The notes beneath the pieces were generated by a model. That model made no database searches. It saw nothing but the letters and a program-made list of their open reading frames with translations, and was not told the DNA's origin. Shown one piece after another: positions 11,722 through 23,500 of a stretch of DNA of 60,000 nucleotides. The first letter of the stretch is position 1; every line of letters starts with the position of its first letter. The stretch covers positions 27,964,001 to 28,024,000 of the forward strand of contig NC_086118.1 of NCBI RefSeq assembly GCF_963921235.1, given 5' to 3'. Source of the stretch: Mobula hypostoma (Eukaryota). The position numbers and the translations under genes are program-made.

Positions 11722-13166
11722 ATAGAACATAGAACATATAACATAGAATAGTACAGCACAGTACAGGCCCTTCGGCCCACAATGTTGTGCCGACCCTCAA
11801 ACCCTGCCTCCCATATAAGCCCCCACCTTAGATTTCTCCATATACCTGTCTAGTAGTCTCTTAAACTTCACTAGTGTATCTGCCTCCACCACTGACTCAG
11901 GCAGTGCATTCCACGGACCAACCACCCTCTGAGTAAAAAACCTTCCTCTGATATCCCCCTTGAACTTCCCACCCCTTACCTTAAAGCCATGTCCTCTTGT
12001 ATTAAGCGGTGGTGCCTGGGAAAGAGGCGCTGGCTATCCACTCTATCTATTCCTCTTATTATCTTGTACACCTCTATCATGTCTCCTCTGATCCTCCTTC
12101 TCTCCAAAGAGTAAAGCCCTAGCTCCCTTAATCACTGATCATAATGCATACTTTCTAAACCCGGCAGCATCCTGGTATATCTCCTCTGTACCCTTTCCAA
12201 TGCTTCCACATCCTTCCTGTAGTGAGGTGACCAGAACTGGACACAATACTCCAAGTGTGGCCTAACCAGAGTTTTATAGAGCTGCATCATTACATCGCGA
12301 CTCTTAAACTCTATCCCTCCACTTATGAAAGCTAACACCCCATAAGCTTTCTTAACTACCCTATCCACCTGTGAGGCAACTTTCAGGGATCTGTGGACAT
12401 GTACCCCGAGATCCCTCTGCTCCTCCACACTACCAAGTATCCTGCCATTTATTTTGTACTCTGCCTTGGAGTTTGTCCTGACAAAGTGTACCACCTCACA
12501 CTTCTCCGGGTTGAACTCCATCTGCCACTTCTCAGCCCACTTCTGCATCCTATCAATGTCTCTCTGCAATCTTTGACAATCCTCTACACTATCTACAACA
12601 CCGCCAACCTTTGTGTCATCTGCAAACTTGACAACCCACCCTTCTACCCCCACATCCAGGTTGTTAATAAAAATCACAAAAAGTAGAGGTCCCAGAACAG
12701 ATCCTTGTGGGACACCACTAGTCACAATGCTCCAATCTGAATGTACTCCCTCCACCACCACCCTCTGCCTTCTGCAAGCAAGCCAATTCTGAATCCACCT
12801 GGTCAAACTTCCCTGGATCCCATGCCTTCTAACTTTCTGAATAAGCCTACCGTGTGGAATCTTGTCAAATGCCTTACATAAATCCATATAGATCACATCC
12901 ACTGCACTACCCTCATCTATATGCCTGGTCACCTCCTCAAAGAACTCTATCAGGCTTGTTAGACACGATCTGCCCTTCACAAAGCCATGCTGACTGTCCC
13001 TGATCAGACCATGATTCTCTAAATGCCTATAGATCCTATCTCTAAGAATCTTTTCCAACAGTTTTCCCACCACAGACGTAAGGCTCACTGGTCTATAATT
13101 ACCCGGACTATCCCTGCTACCTTTTTTGAACAAGGGAACAACATTCGCCTCCCTCCAATCCTCCGT
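11722..13166 (-). mobile_element. young 5'-truncated CR1 LINE with (TTCTATG)n tail
   Basis: Contains the open RT frame at 12132-13133. The 3' tail reads atagaacatagaacat on the + strand. Confidence 0.95.
12132..13133 (-). pseudogene. CR1 ORF2 reverse transcriptase domain (333 aa open frame, 5'-truncated, no endonuclease)
   Basis: PGNYRPVSLTSVVGK, SQHGFVKGRSCLT, KAFDKIPH, GVPQGSVLGPLLF, KFADDTK, LVRPHLEYCVQFWSP. Confidence 0.92.
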
Positions 13167-14824
13167 ATGTTCAACAGTATGTCCAATATGTCCTACAATT
13201 TAGGTTATGGTAATGAAGGGAGGAAAACTGATCCGAAGTTACCGATGGATTGGCTAGTTCTGGTACAAAATGTAACACTGCGTTACCTGAAGTTGTAGAA
13301 CCCGATTCTCAAGGATAATAATTGATGAGAAATGCTGGCCTTGTCAGTAATATTTAATTCGCAAACATTAAGCGACTGAAATAAATAATAACTTTAATGT
13401 AGCAAAACAGTTTGGGGCATTTCAAAGGATTTCTGCCTAATAAATTTAGAAAGAGAACAGAAAAGGAGTTATCATGTCCAAATGGCAAAGAAGCAAGACA
13501 GATGTCGATTGATCTCAAAATATTCAAAACACAGACCAGAGGATTTTTTCAATCTTTAGGGAATTAAAGATGAGTGAAGTGATTCCAAGATAATAGGTTG
13601 GGGCCACTTGAATGTGATAGTAGCTATAAGGGTTTGAATGGGGATTCCTGCTTTTGTTTTTGTTATATCCTATGTAAAAGCTTTGTCAAATAGTTTGGAT
13701 TTAAGGTGTTTGAAAGCTAGGATGGTTTAGTTTTCCTTTGTTGGAGCAGATGGAGCGGATGATGAAGACAAGGATGGCTGAGACCATGGCAAGCTTTGAA
13801 ATGGGTGAATGACCATCATGATGCTACTTAACCAGAAGTTAATGAACAGTAAGTCAGCATGAGCAGTCAGTAAATGTGGAAATACATGAAAAGAATTTTG
13901 TGCAACTTTTGACGCAGTCTTCGAATGTTCAAGTCAAGGGGAAAAGTAGCCATGAATGAAAGATTCTATGAAGAAGTCACTGACAGTAGTGAGACATAAC
14001 TGTACACGTGTCATTATTATCTTGTCATTTGCATTTGTAGAGTTTACATTACCTTTGGTAATGTACTGACTGATAATTATATGTAAAATTTATTGTGCAA
14101 TATTTTCTTGTTGTTTCAATTAAATAGGCCGATTGTATGTCATTATGTTCACTAATAGCTCTTCAGTGAAATAAAAGCAAAAGATTTGTGCATTTGTGGA
14201 TACAAGCCAAAAATTATGTGAATACTAAAATAATGAAATCATAGAACCCCTGATATACAGTATTCAAGTACTATTTCATCAAATGTATATCTACTCATTG
14301 TATTTAACAATGTGAGGGTGTAAAAAATTTATTTTCTATTATCCAGCTTCTCGTAATTCCCTTAATAAAATTTTCATGATGTAAATTCCAAGGTTAATTG
14401 TAATTTATATGCTGGTTCAAAAAGCTGGAGGGACTTTCCTGGTGTTGGACCATTAATCTGTTTATACAAAAGAAAGATCAAAGAACATTTACTCTGTGAG
14501 AAAAACGGTTCTTGAACATGCTGATCTTCGAGTTAAACTTGTAGTTCAGGTTTAACTTCCAACTGCATATGTTGAAAGAAGTCCAAAGTTGAAACTTATT
14601 CCATCTGTGTTTATTTGTCAGCCAGAAAAAATTTCCAAGTAAAACTAAATATCAATTAAGCTGATGACTAAAAACATACGTATGAAATAAATTGGATTTT
14701 GAATCAAAACCAGAAAATGCTTGACGTACATAGGGTCTGGTATCACCAGTGGAAAAAGATCCCCAAGGCAGAAAACAGCTTTATCACTAATCAGGAGTAT
14801 CGGCAGCTGTGTACATACATCTAT

Positions 14825-15343
14825 TGATGCTTCTGATCACATCTTCAGTGATGTTCCTGGAATCATCGGGTGTTTCAGGTCTTTCAACATCATACAACCT
14901 CCTCCACGTGACCCAGCCGGGGCTGATCAGACCCCAGCTTGTGTCCAGATGGCTAGCTACTTATGACTCCATGGCTCCCCTCTTTTGAGCCACAGCCACC
15001 TTGAGGCTCTTTCTGCCGCATTGGTGGTACTGCAGATGGCTCTCCTCTTCCTATCTCCCTCAATGCCCAAAATGCTGAAGGCTCTAACTAAGGAACGGGC
15101 TACGAATCCCCTCCAACCAACCTCCACTGGGAGACACCTCGCTCTCCACCCAGCCTGCTGACAGTTACTGATCAGTCCTGCGTACTTAGAGAGCTTCCTT
15201 TCAAAGGTCTCCTCCAAGTTATCTTCCCATGGGACTGTCAGCTCCAGCAGCACCACTTGCTTAGTCAACTCAGACACTAGGACAATGTCTGGTCACACGG
15301 TGGTAGCTGCGATATGGTTGGGGAACTTCAGCTGCCCTTCGAG
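14825..15343 (-). mobile_element. HERO-clade (R2-group, restriction-like endonuclease) non-LTR retrotransposon 3' end
   Basis: LKFPNHIAATTV*PDIVLVSELTKQVVLLELTVPWE...RKLSKY...PVEVGWRGF...AERASRWLWLKR, a PD..ELT RLE motif typical of HERO. Confidence 0.85.
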
Positions 15344-15579
15344 CAAAATCAAGGGGAAATATCAGGATTAGTTTAAGCAAAATTTATGTTGGGGAAACTG
15401 GCAATAATTTGGGTACGGGTTCTCTAACGTAGCAACAAAGTTCAGGGCTTTCACAAGGGAAAAAGGAAATAGAAATTGAATAAGAGTTAGGAAAAAGCTT
15501 GGTAAATGTTTTACCCAACTTATATAACCCCAAGTACTGTAGTAAATAATGAGTGTAAAATGCCATTAAAATTCAAAGT

Positions 15580-15715
15580 AACGCACCGAATGTAGGAGGA
15601 ATTGATCAAATCAGACAGTACCCATGGAAAGACACAGACAGTCAAAGTTTTGGGCTGAGACACTTCATTTGGGCTGTTGATTCAGATTTCAGCATATGCA
15701 ATCTCATGTGTCTCC
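15580..15715. mobile_element. degenerate Penelope terminal fold-back remnant
   Basis: gacagtcaaagttttgggctgagacacttcatttgg followed by gatttcagcatatgcaatctcatgtgtctc, matching both PLE terminal orientations. Confidence 0.45.
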
Positions 15716-15971
15716 AATAAGATGCACTTTGAATCCTAATTAATGACACTCAAACCATTGTTGCACCAAGATGCTGCATTTATTTTGAAAATTGCAGCCT
15801 TTAGCTATGAACATTTTTAGCTCTGTCTCTAATTGGAACTCCACCTGCTTGCTTGTGCTTGCTAACACAACACAGGTGCTATATTAGCCATGGCGATGGG
15901 ATATCATGCTTCAGAAAGAAGCAGGGCAGTGAGCTAGCATGATGAGGCTGGAGAACTTGGCTTGTTAAGTA

Positions 15972-16172
15972 GAGCAACACACACAAAATGCTGGAAGAAC
16001 TCAGCAGTTCAGGCTGTATCTATGGTGGGGCATATACAATCGATGTTTCAGGCCAAGGGACTCTTCGGGAATGGAAAGGAAGGTGACAGAACCAGAATAA
16101 GAAGGAGAGAGTGGAAGAAGGAGTAAAAGCTAGCAGGTGATATGTGAGACCAGGTGAGGGGGAAGGTGGGTA
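15972..16172 (-). mobile_element. Penelope-like 3' terminal fragment
   Basis: acacacaaaatgctggaagaactcagcag...gatgtttcaggccaag matches the PLE terminus at 38415-38510. Confidence 0.65.
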
Positions 16173-17304
16173 TATAATATATGTATATATACCATATATA
16201 TTTAAATTGTCCCATTCAGGGTTAAAGATTTAATCACTGTGAAGGATTTTTACTTTTGCGGGTTAATGTCTTTCCTGACAAGGGGGGTGGGTGTGATCAC
16301 GCTGCTTGGCAGGAGGGACTTGTGGCTGTGAAACAGCTTCAGGTTCTGGGGTCCCCTTGGTGGTGGTTGTAGAAGTTGATTCTCGGACAGATCTGGACGT
16401 GTTGGCACCCCGAACAGTGCCTGGCAAACTGCTCAATCTGCTAATCTATCCCCGGCCACCAGACAAAGCTTCAAGCCAAAGCTCTCATTTCAACCACGCC
16501 TCGCATGTAACTCCTCCAACACTTCAGCTCTCAATTAGATGGTATAAAAACTCTCAATCCCCACTGAAGGCGACCCCTGTCACGGCAAGTTCATCCTGAT
16601 GCCGGTAAAAATGGGGAAAATTGAGTTTTTGCTGCACATTCCAGCTATTTTGGGTCACCATCTAGACCTGAGACAGTGTGGGGGCCTTTTCTGGTTTCCC
16701 TTTGGATCATCACTTCCGTAATGGGGTTTTTTTCTGATTTGCAATAGGGAGGATACATCCTCTTTTGTAAATTTTTCAGTTATTTCCTGTTTCAAGGGTA
16801 AATGGGACAATCATCAGCATTTCCATAACTAGTTGTCCTCTTGAATTCGATCTTGTAATTGTGACCTCCAAATAACAGAGCCAATCTCTGTATTCGGGCT
16901 GCTGTTAGTGGAATTCCCTTCTGAGGATTAAAAATGGACACCAATAGTTAATGATCGGTAATGTGGGTAAACTCTCTCCAACACAAGTACTGATTGAAAC
17001 GTTTTATACCTCAAACCAGACTCTAGATCTCTCTGTTAATCTGTGCATAATTTCTCTAAGCACTGGTAAGGGAACGCTGTGTGGCATTCACTTCCATCGC
17101 TCATAGCATGTGACATGACTGCACATATACCATAAAGCAAGATGGACAATGTGGATCATAAAGAGCGAGTACATTGTCTGATGTCACCATTTCCTTTACC
17201 TATGGAAAAACTGCTTTGTCTATTGCCATTTCTTCCTGATCTTTAGTAATGAGTTTAAGGGGAGGAGCACAGTAGTCAGACTAGGCAAGGACCTGTTTTA
17301 TAGT

Positions 17305-17420
17305 AACACACGCAAAATTCTGGAGGAACTTAGCAGGCCAGGCAGCATCTAGGAAGAGTACAGTAGACGTTTCAGGCCAAGGCCATTCTGATTTCCAGTA
17401 TCAGCAGAATTTCTCTTGCT
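17305..17420. mobile_element. short Penelope terminal fold-back insertion inside Gypsy A pol
   Basis: ctggaggaacttagcaggccaggcagcatctaggaagagtacagtagacgtttcaggcc followed by gatttccagtatcagcagaatttctcttg. Confidence 0.7.
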
Positions 17421-18277
17421 GTGACCCGTTGTATAGTCATTGACAAATCCTAAAAAGGACTGCAACTGTGACGCATTCTTTGGCCTTGGGGCATCCAGCA
17501 CTGCTTGAATTTTCTTAACATGATTGTGTAAATCCTGTGAATAAATGATGTGACCGCAGTAGGTGATGCTTGGTTTAAAGAAGTCACATTGATGCGTCAT
17601 ACTCTGGGCCCATAATCTTCAATCTTTTAAACACTGTCTTGAGATTTTGGAGATGTTCGTTATCATCCTCATCAGTAACAATGTTGCCGTACAGGTAACA
17701 CTGAGTGCCTGGGCAGCCTAGGGCACCTGGTTGATACCTTTCTGCCAGAGTGCTGGTGCTGATGCTCTACAAATAAACCTATTACAGCGATAAAGCCCTT
17801 TGTGAGTGTTTATGGTAAGAACCACATTGGACTCATCATCTATCTCCAACTGTAGGTAGGCCTCATCTAAGTTCACTGAACTGAAGTGTTTCCCTCCAGA
17901 GAGGTTAGCGAAGATATCCTCTATCCTGGGCTGAGGGTATTATTATACTTTCTGTTCGGGGTTAATGGTGACCTTAAAATCACTTCAGGTCCTGACATCT
18001 TGACATCAAGTACCGTGGCTATTGGGACCACTGGTGTTGCCCATGGGCTCTACTCAACCTTGGGATGAATTCCTTCAGCGTCTGTGTGATCTAGCTCACT
18101 GTCTACTTTATCATGGATGGTATAAAGAACCAGATGGGCTTTGTATAAACTTGGGTGCAACATTTTCATTAACTCTATTTTACCATTGATATGTTTGAGT
18201 TTTCCAGTGCCACCCTGGGACACTACTGTTGCATCACCCAGTATATTTCTTAATTTGTTATTAGTTGACTCTTGCAA

Positions 18278-19245
18278 TATCATGGTCCAGTCCGTGAAGT
18301 CCGCATTCTGGTTCACTGAGTGGTTCATCGATCCTTATTCCAGGTTTTCTGGTTTTCCTTTGTTCTGTTGGGTGCTCTAATTGAGGCACATGATTCTTAT
18401 TTGGGCAGACACATAAATACCTCCGGAGAGCAGGGCTTGGCTGCTGGATTTTTCCTGTCAAAACCCCTGTCTGAATCCCTTCTTGGCCCCTTCCTCCTGA
18501 AGCCTTGCCCTGCCACTAGTGTCTGTAGCCTTGTCTTGCCTCACCTGCACCGCTGTCAACTTCAACCATCGGAGCAAGACTGGAGCCTTGCTGTGTCTAG
18601 ATGAGGAACTGTCTCCGTGTCCGCACCTTTGCTAGGTAGGTCCGACCGTTTGCCACTACCTTGTGCTGGGAAGCGTCTCTGTGTCTACACCTTTGCTAGG
18701 TAGGTCCAGCTGTTTGCCGCTACCTTGTGTTGGAGAACTGTCTCTCTGTGTTCTGTATGAGTCCCGGCCCTATGTCCTGTTCCCAGGGAGGGGTCCCAGC
18801 TTCCCGGCTCTGCGTTCCATGTTCCTGTCTCCCTCGACCAAGTCAAGGCTTCGTGTTCTCATCCTGTCCATGTGCCTCGCCTAGCCCAGGAATACCTCAC
18901 CCAGCCCGGTGCTAGGGTTCCCTCGTCCTGTCCAGGAGTCTATCGTCCTGTACAAGCCACGTCCAAGAACCTCATCCTGTCCAAGTCAAGGGTTTGTGTT
19001 CCTGTCCTGACTCCCCATACCATGTCATGTCTTCACCTAGTTCTGGAGTCCAAGAATTAGGTTCCATGTCTGTTGTCCAAGTCCTAGCTCAGGCCCTGAA
19101 ACCTTGACTTGTCCAGGGCCTGTGTCAATGTCCAGCGTCATTTCTTCCCCTCTTCCCTTGCTTCCTTGCACGCCTAGTCCTGTTCCTAGTACTTCAGTGT
19201 CTGTGTCTTGCATTTTGGTCCGCTACCAGCGCCCCCTTTATGACA
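18278..19245 (+). mobile_element. solo LTR, family X copy 1 (968 bp), 5-bp TSD TGCAA
   Basis: Ends tatcatggtcc...tatgaca. TGCAA at 18273-18277 and 19246-19250. TATA-like cataaata near 18413. Homologous to 41116-42197 and 51523-52684. Confidence 0.88.
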
Positions 19246-20029
19246 TGCAATGGACGTGGCATGCAAATAATGGATGGATCTCCAATCAAGTTGTAGTTAT
19301 CTCAGCCATTCACATCCCCACAATGCTGGCCCTCATGTTTTTACCACATACAAGTCAAATGTTGTTTGCTGGTTGTTGTATCTCACTGTTATGAATGTCA
19401 TTTTCTCCTGTATAAGTTCTTACTTGCATATCCGAAGGCTTCAGTTCATTATCTTTAAAATCCTGTTCAAACTCATCTTGTGGTATGACTGAAACAGCTG
19501 AGTCAGTATCCAATTCCATTTTAATTAATATAACTCTCACTTTTGGTGTAAACCATGTTGCTTGTCTATTACTTGTTTTCTCATTATAAACCTCTAGGCT
19601 ACCCAGTGCTGTGTCTCTTTCATCATTGCCATATTTTTCATCAACAGCATATAGATTAGTGTTCTCTTTCAGACTGCAGCTTGACTGTTTATCTTTTTCA
19701 CAATGCTGTGCAGTCCATTTATTTTTGTTTGTCCAACATGCTCTTGGTATGTGTCCTACTTTGTTGCATTTTTGGCAAGATTTGCCTTTAAATATTCATT
19801 GTTCTGGTGTATATGAACCCCCACCATAACGGTAACAACGTTAGGCCAGGCAAGTTTGTTTAGACTTTGCAATGTTGTTCACGTTCACTTTCATTCCTCG
19901 CTGCAACCAAATTGCATCTCTGACTGCTGTTTCCATTGATACAGCTTTTTCAACTGCTCTTTAAAATGTGGGTTGTGTTTCTTGTAATGCTTTCTTGTAA
20001 GATTCCACAAACTAAATGATCTCTCAGTG

Positions 20030-20097
20030 CATGGGTGACCAATCTTTTTTATGCCATTAACCAAGGGGTCTATGGACCCCCAGGTTATAAACCTCTG
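20030..20097. mobile_element. tiny hAT-type MITE inserted in Gypsy A gag
   Basis: catgggtgaccaatc...ggttataaacctctg. Homologous to 22454-22534. Confidence 0.55.
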
Positions 20098-20775
20098 CCT
20101 ACGTGCATCATTAAGCCCATTACTGAACTGACAACTTCTTAAATTCAGCCACATATACTGAAATGGATTCCCCTTCAATTTGATTCCACTTATGAAACCT
20201 ACAGCATTCTGTAATCAACAATGGTTTTGCTCCTAAATGTTCTTCCATTACTTTCATGATATTAGCAAAGCTCACTTTGCATGGTTTGATTGGAGCAGTT
20301 AAACTTCTCAGCAAACTGTATGCCAGCTATTACACTCAGCAAAACAAGCACTCATTTCTCAATGTCTGTTTCATTTGTCTGAAAATACTACTCAATTTTC
20401 TGTGTATGCCAGCCTGTTATCCATTGTGCAATTGCATGCATCTATCTTTCTAATGCAGCCAGACATTTCTGCTCTTTTAAAAAAATATATTATTATCGCC
20501 ACCTAGTACTCATCGTTTATAAGCCTATGAATTTCGACCATTTTCTGCCTTTTGTTCAAACTCTAATGTCTTTTTCCCCTTGTGAAGAAATAAAAAAAAA
20601 CTTTACTGAGCCATTCCTCTCCTCTTGTGAAGAAAGTGTGCTGCGCTTGCTTTTAATTCGAACGTCTTGCTTCCTCCAATAGGTAGGGCATTATCTCAGG
20701 TAGATTTTAAAACTTACTGTTTGCCACTGTTATGTTTTGTAACTCCAATATATAAAACTAATCAAAATAAAAACA

Positions 20776-21378
20776 GAAACATGAGGAAATCTGCAGATGC
20801 TGGAATTTCAAGCAACACACATAAAAGTTGCTGGTGAACGCAGCAAGTTAGGCAGCATCTCTAGGAAGAGGTATAGTCGACGTTTCGGGTTGAGACTCTT
20901 CGTCAGGACTAACTGAAAGGAGAGCTAGTAAGAGATTTGAAAGTGGGGGGGGGGGGAGATCCAAAATGATAGGAGAAGACAGGAGGGGGAGGGATGGAGC
21001 CAAGAGCTGGACAGGTGATTGGCAAAAGGGATATGAGAGGATCATGGGACAGGAGACCTCGGGAGAAAGAAAAGGGGGAGGGGGGCAAAGCCCAGAGGAT
21101 GGGCAAAGGATGGTCAGAGGGACAGAGGGAGAAAAAGGAGAGAGAGAAAAAAAAGTGTGTATATAAATAAATAACGGATGGGGTATGAGGGGGAGGTGGG
21201 GCATTAGCACGAAGTTAGAGAAGTCAATGTTCATGCCATCAGGTTGGAGGCTACCCAGACAGAATATAAGGTGTTGTTCCTCCAACCTGAGTGTGGCTTC
21301 ATCTTTACAGTAGAGGAGGCCGTGGATAGACATGTCAGAATGGGAATGGGACGTGGAATTAAAATGTGTGGCCACTGT
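20776..21378 (-). mobile_element. Penelope-like element 3' end (GIY-YIG C-terminus + pLTR) inserted into the Gypsy A LTR
   Basis: VATHFNSTSHSHSDMSIHGLLYCKDEATLRLEEQHLIFCLGSLQPDGMNIDFSNF. Nearly identical to 38370-39010. Confidence 0.9.
20874..20911 (-). ncRNA. minimal type I hammerhead ribozyme motif
   Basis: Minus strand: TAGTC-CTGACGA-agagtctcaaccc-GAAACGTC-GACTA. The core is intact and stem I has 5 bp; stem II is partly mutated. Confidence 0.72.
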
Positions 21379-22039
21379 CATTTTCATTAGTGAGGCTCGC
21401 ACTTATGACGTGATGGGATAATGATGTATGCCATTCACGTACCTTCTTCATATAATCCCTAATAAATTATCTAAACAATAAAGAATGCTTAATCAAACGA
21501 TGTATTTACAATATTACTCAAATATTAGTGAAATATTAAATTCACAAAAGAGAGTAACTTGAATGACGAATGGTGTCGGCAGAATCTCTTGCATTGATAA
21601 TTTGCTAAGTAGAGCTGTGAGCATTCCAGACAATAGACAGGTCAGATATGTTAGAAAGTTTAAGAACTGCAACTGGAATTGAGAATTCATCCTTTTTATT
21701 AAATGAGTGAAAATATTCCTGAAGACAGATTATATCATATGGAAGGAAACAGATAAACAGCCATGCCAAAAAAAAGTGACATTGTTGCAGGCAGTAAGGC
21801 TGGAAACACATGAGATGTTGATGAATCTAGCAATCATTGGTCTAGACGACCAAGCCTTTCAGATTGACGGACTATCCTCAGCAGATGAAGCAGCACATAA
21901 TCTGCATGTTGTAAGACCCAGATAATGTTCAGGCATGGACTGATAAATGGTAATAAATATTTATTTCATCTCCATTAATGACCATCTCCAACAAGGCAGA
22001 TTCTAGCCACTTACACCTAGTAGGTGTTTTATTTGATAC

Positions 22040-22620
22040 GTCCTATACCTAATAAATTGGCCACTAAGTGTATGTTCATGGTCTTCTGCTGCTGTAACCC
22101 ACTTCAAGGTTCGACATGTTGAACATTCAGAGATGCTCTCCTGCACACCATTGTTATTAAGCATGGTTACTTGAACCACTATTGTCTTCCTGTCACCTTG
22201 AACCAGTCTGACCATTCTCATTAAAAAGTCATTTTTACCCACAGAACTGCTGCTCACTGGATGTTGTGTTTTTTGCACCATTCCTTGTAAACTCTAGGGA
22301 ATTTGAGTGAAGTTCCCAGGAGATCAGCAGTTTCTGAAATACTCAAACCAGCCCATCTGGCACCAACAGCCATTCTATGGTCAAGGTCACCATGGTCACA
22401 TTTATTTCCTATTCTGATGTTTGGTCTGAACAACAGTTGAACCTCAACCATAGCAGGGGTTTCCAACCTTTTTATGTCATGGAGCCTTATGCCATGAATC
22501 AAGGAGTCCACGGACCCCGGTTTGAGAACCCCTGTTTTATGCATTGGGTTGCCCCCACATGATTGGCTAATTAGATAATAGCATTAATGAGCAGGTATAA
22601 AGATGTACCTTATAAAGTAT
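22040..22620 (-). mobile_element. Tc1-like non-autonomous DNA transposon (N-terminal transposase remnant)
   Basis: GNKCDHGDLDHRMAVGARWAGLSISETADLLG..RVYKEWC..RMVRLVQGDRK..SISECSTCRTLKW. TIR aataaattggccactaagtgta. Confidence 0.8.
22454..22534. mobile_element. 81-bp hAT-type MITE nested in the Tc1 remnant
   Basis: TIRs caggggtttccaacc / ggtttgagaacccctg. Confidence 0.7.
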
Positions 22621-22799
22621 ACTTCGGCATTCAGTGATAGTAGCACATATGTCTCAACATTTTTGGGACACTGTTGATTAGCCACATACGTATACACTAA
22701 AGTAGGTCAGGAACTCCAGATGAAATAGTAGGTGACTTGACTCCTGACACCCCAAAACTTTTCCATTATATTCAAGACACTAATTAACAGTGTGATGGA

Positions 22800-23500
22800 A
22801 GATTCAAAGCACGTTTATTATCAAAGAATATATAAATTATACACTTTGAAATGCGAATGCTTACAGGCAGTCACAAAGCAAGAGATCCGAATAGCTCAAT
22901 TAAAAAAAGACCAATAACCACTGCGCAGTGCAGAAAGAAACACACACACACCGTGCAAACAATAGCAGCAAGCCAACAGCATCCCAAACGAGACTGAGTC
23001 CCAAATCTTCTCCTAGAGCAGCCCGAGTAGCCCCAAAGCCTTAGTGCCCTGTTCATCACGCCAGCGGGGCAGAAACGCACAACAGCTGGATCAGTCACAG
23101 CCTCAGCACCATGAAGAAAGGAATGAACATTCGCGGGGACTGAGTGAAATCAGCCTGAACTTTGCCCCCTATCCGATGCTCCCGCTCAGTGTTCCAGTCT
23201 ATCTGGGTGGTGTTTAAATTGTCCAAGCATCAAATAGTGCTATTTTCTGGGACCTGGATCCTGGCACCCTACATGCTGGAAGCCATTCATGATCTCACCA
23301 AGTTGACTTGGCACTTAGAGCAATCCAACCTCACACCTGTGTTAGCTGAATGGGCATTGAAACCTTTCCACATCGCTTCAAATCGCTCACTTCTTTTCTG
23401 ACAGCAATACAAACTCCAGCTCAAAGAAGAGCAAGTTGTGCTTCAAAATGCCCCAGCATGGCTCATTCTCCCAAACCAGCCTCACCTCTGCCTGCCTCCT
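22800..23500 (-). mobile_element. non-autonomous LINE-derived repeat (Rex-like tail)
   Basis: gattcaaagcacgtttattatcaaag tail like other Rex-type 3' ends. Organisation is similar to 47020-47850. Confidence 0.4.

Larger units (their letters stand above)
16195..21546 (-). mobile_element. decayed Gypsy LTR retrotransposon A (5' LTR 20728-21546, PBS, gag, protease, RT, RNase H, truncated integrase)
   Basis: On the minus strand the LTR end ...caaaacataaca is followed by the PBS-like gtggcaaacag. Gag reads LRSLTAPIKP..FHKWNQIEGESISVYVAE, protease MELDTDSAVSVI, RT/RH FFKPSITYCGH..QLQSFLGFVN and integrase zinc finger FVWWPGID..HCSGCQ. The C-terminus resembles ERxYPxRxRxP. Confidence 0.88.

Noticed and set aside
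14838..14900. Permuted hammerhead in the HERO 3' UTR (GAAAC...CTGAAGA on the minus strand)
   Set aside because: I could not form stems I and III around the core motifs.
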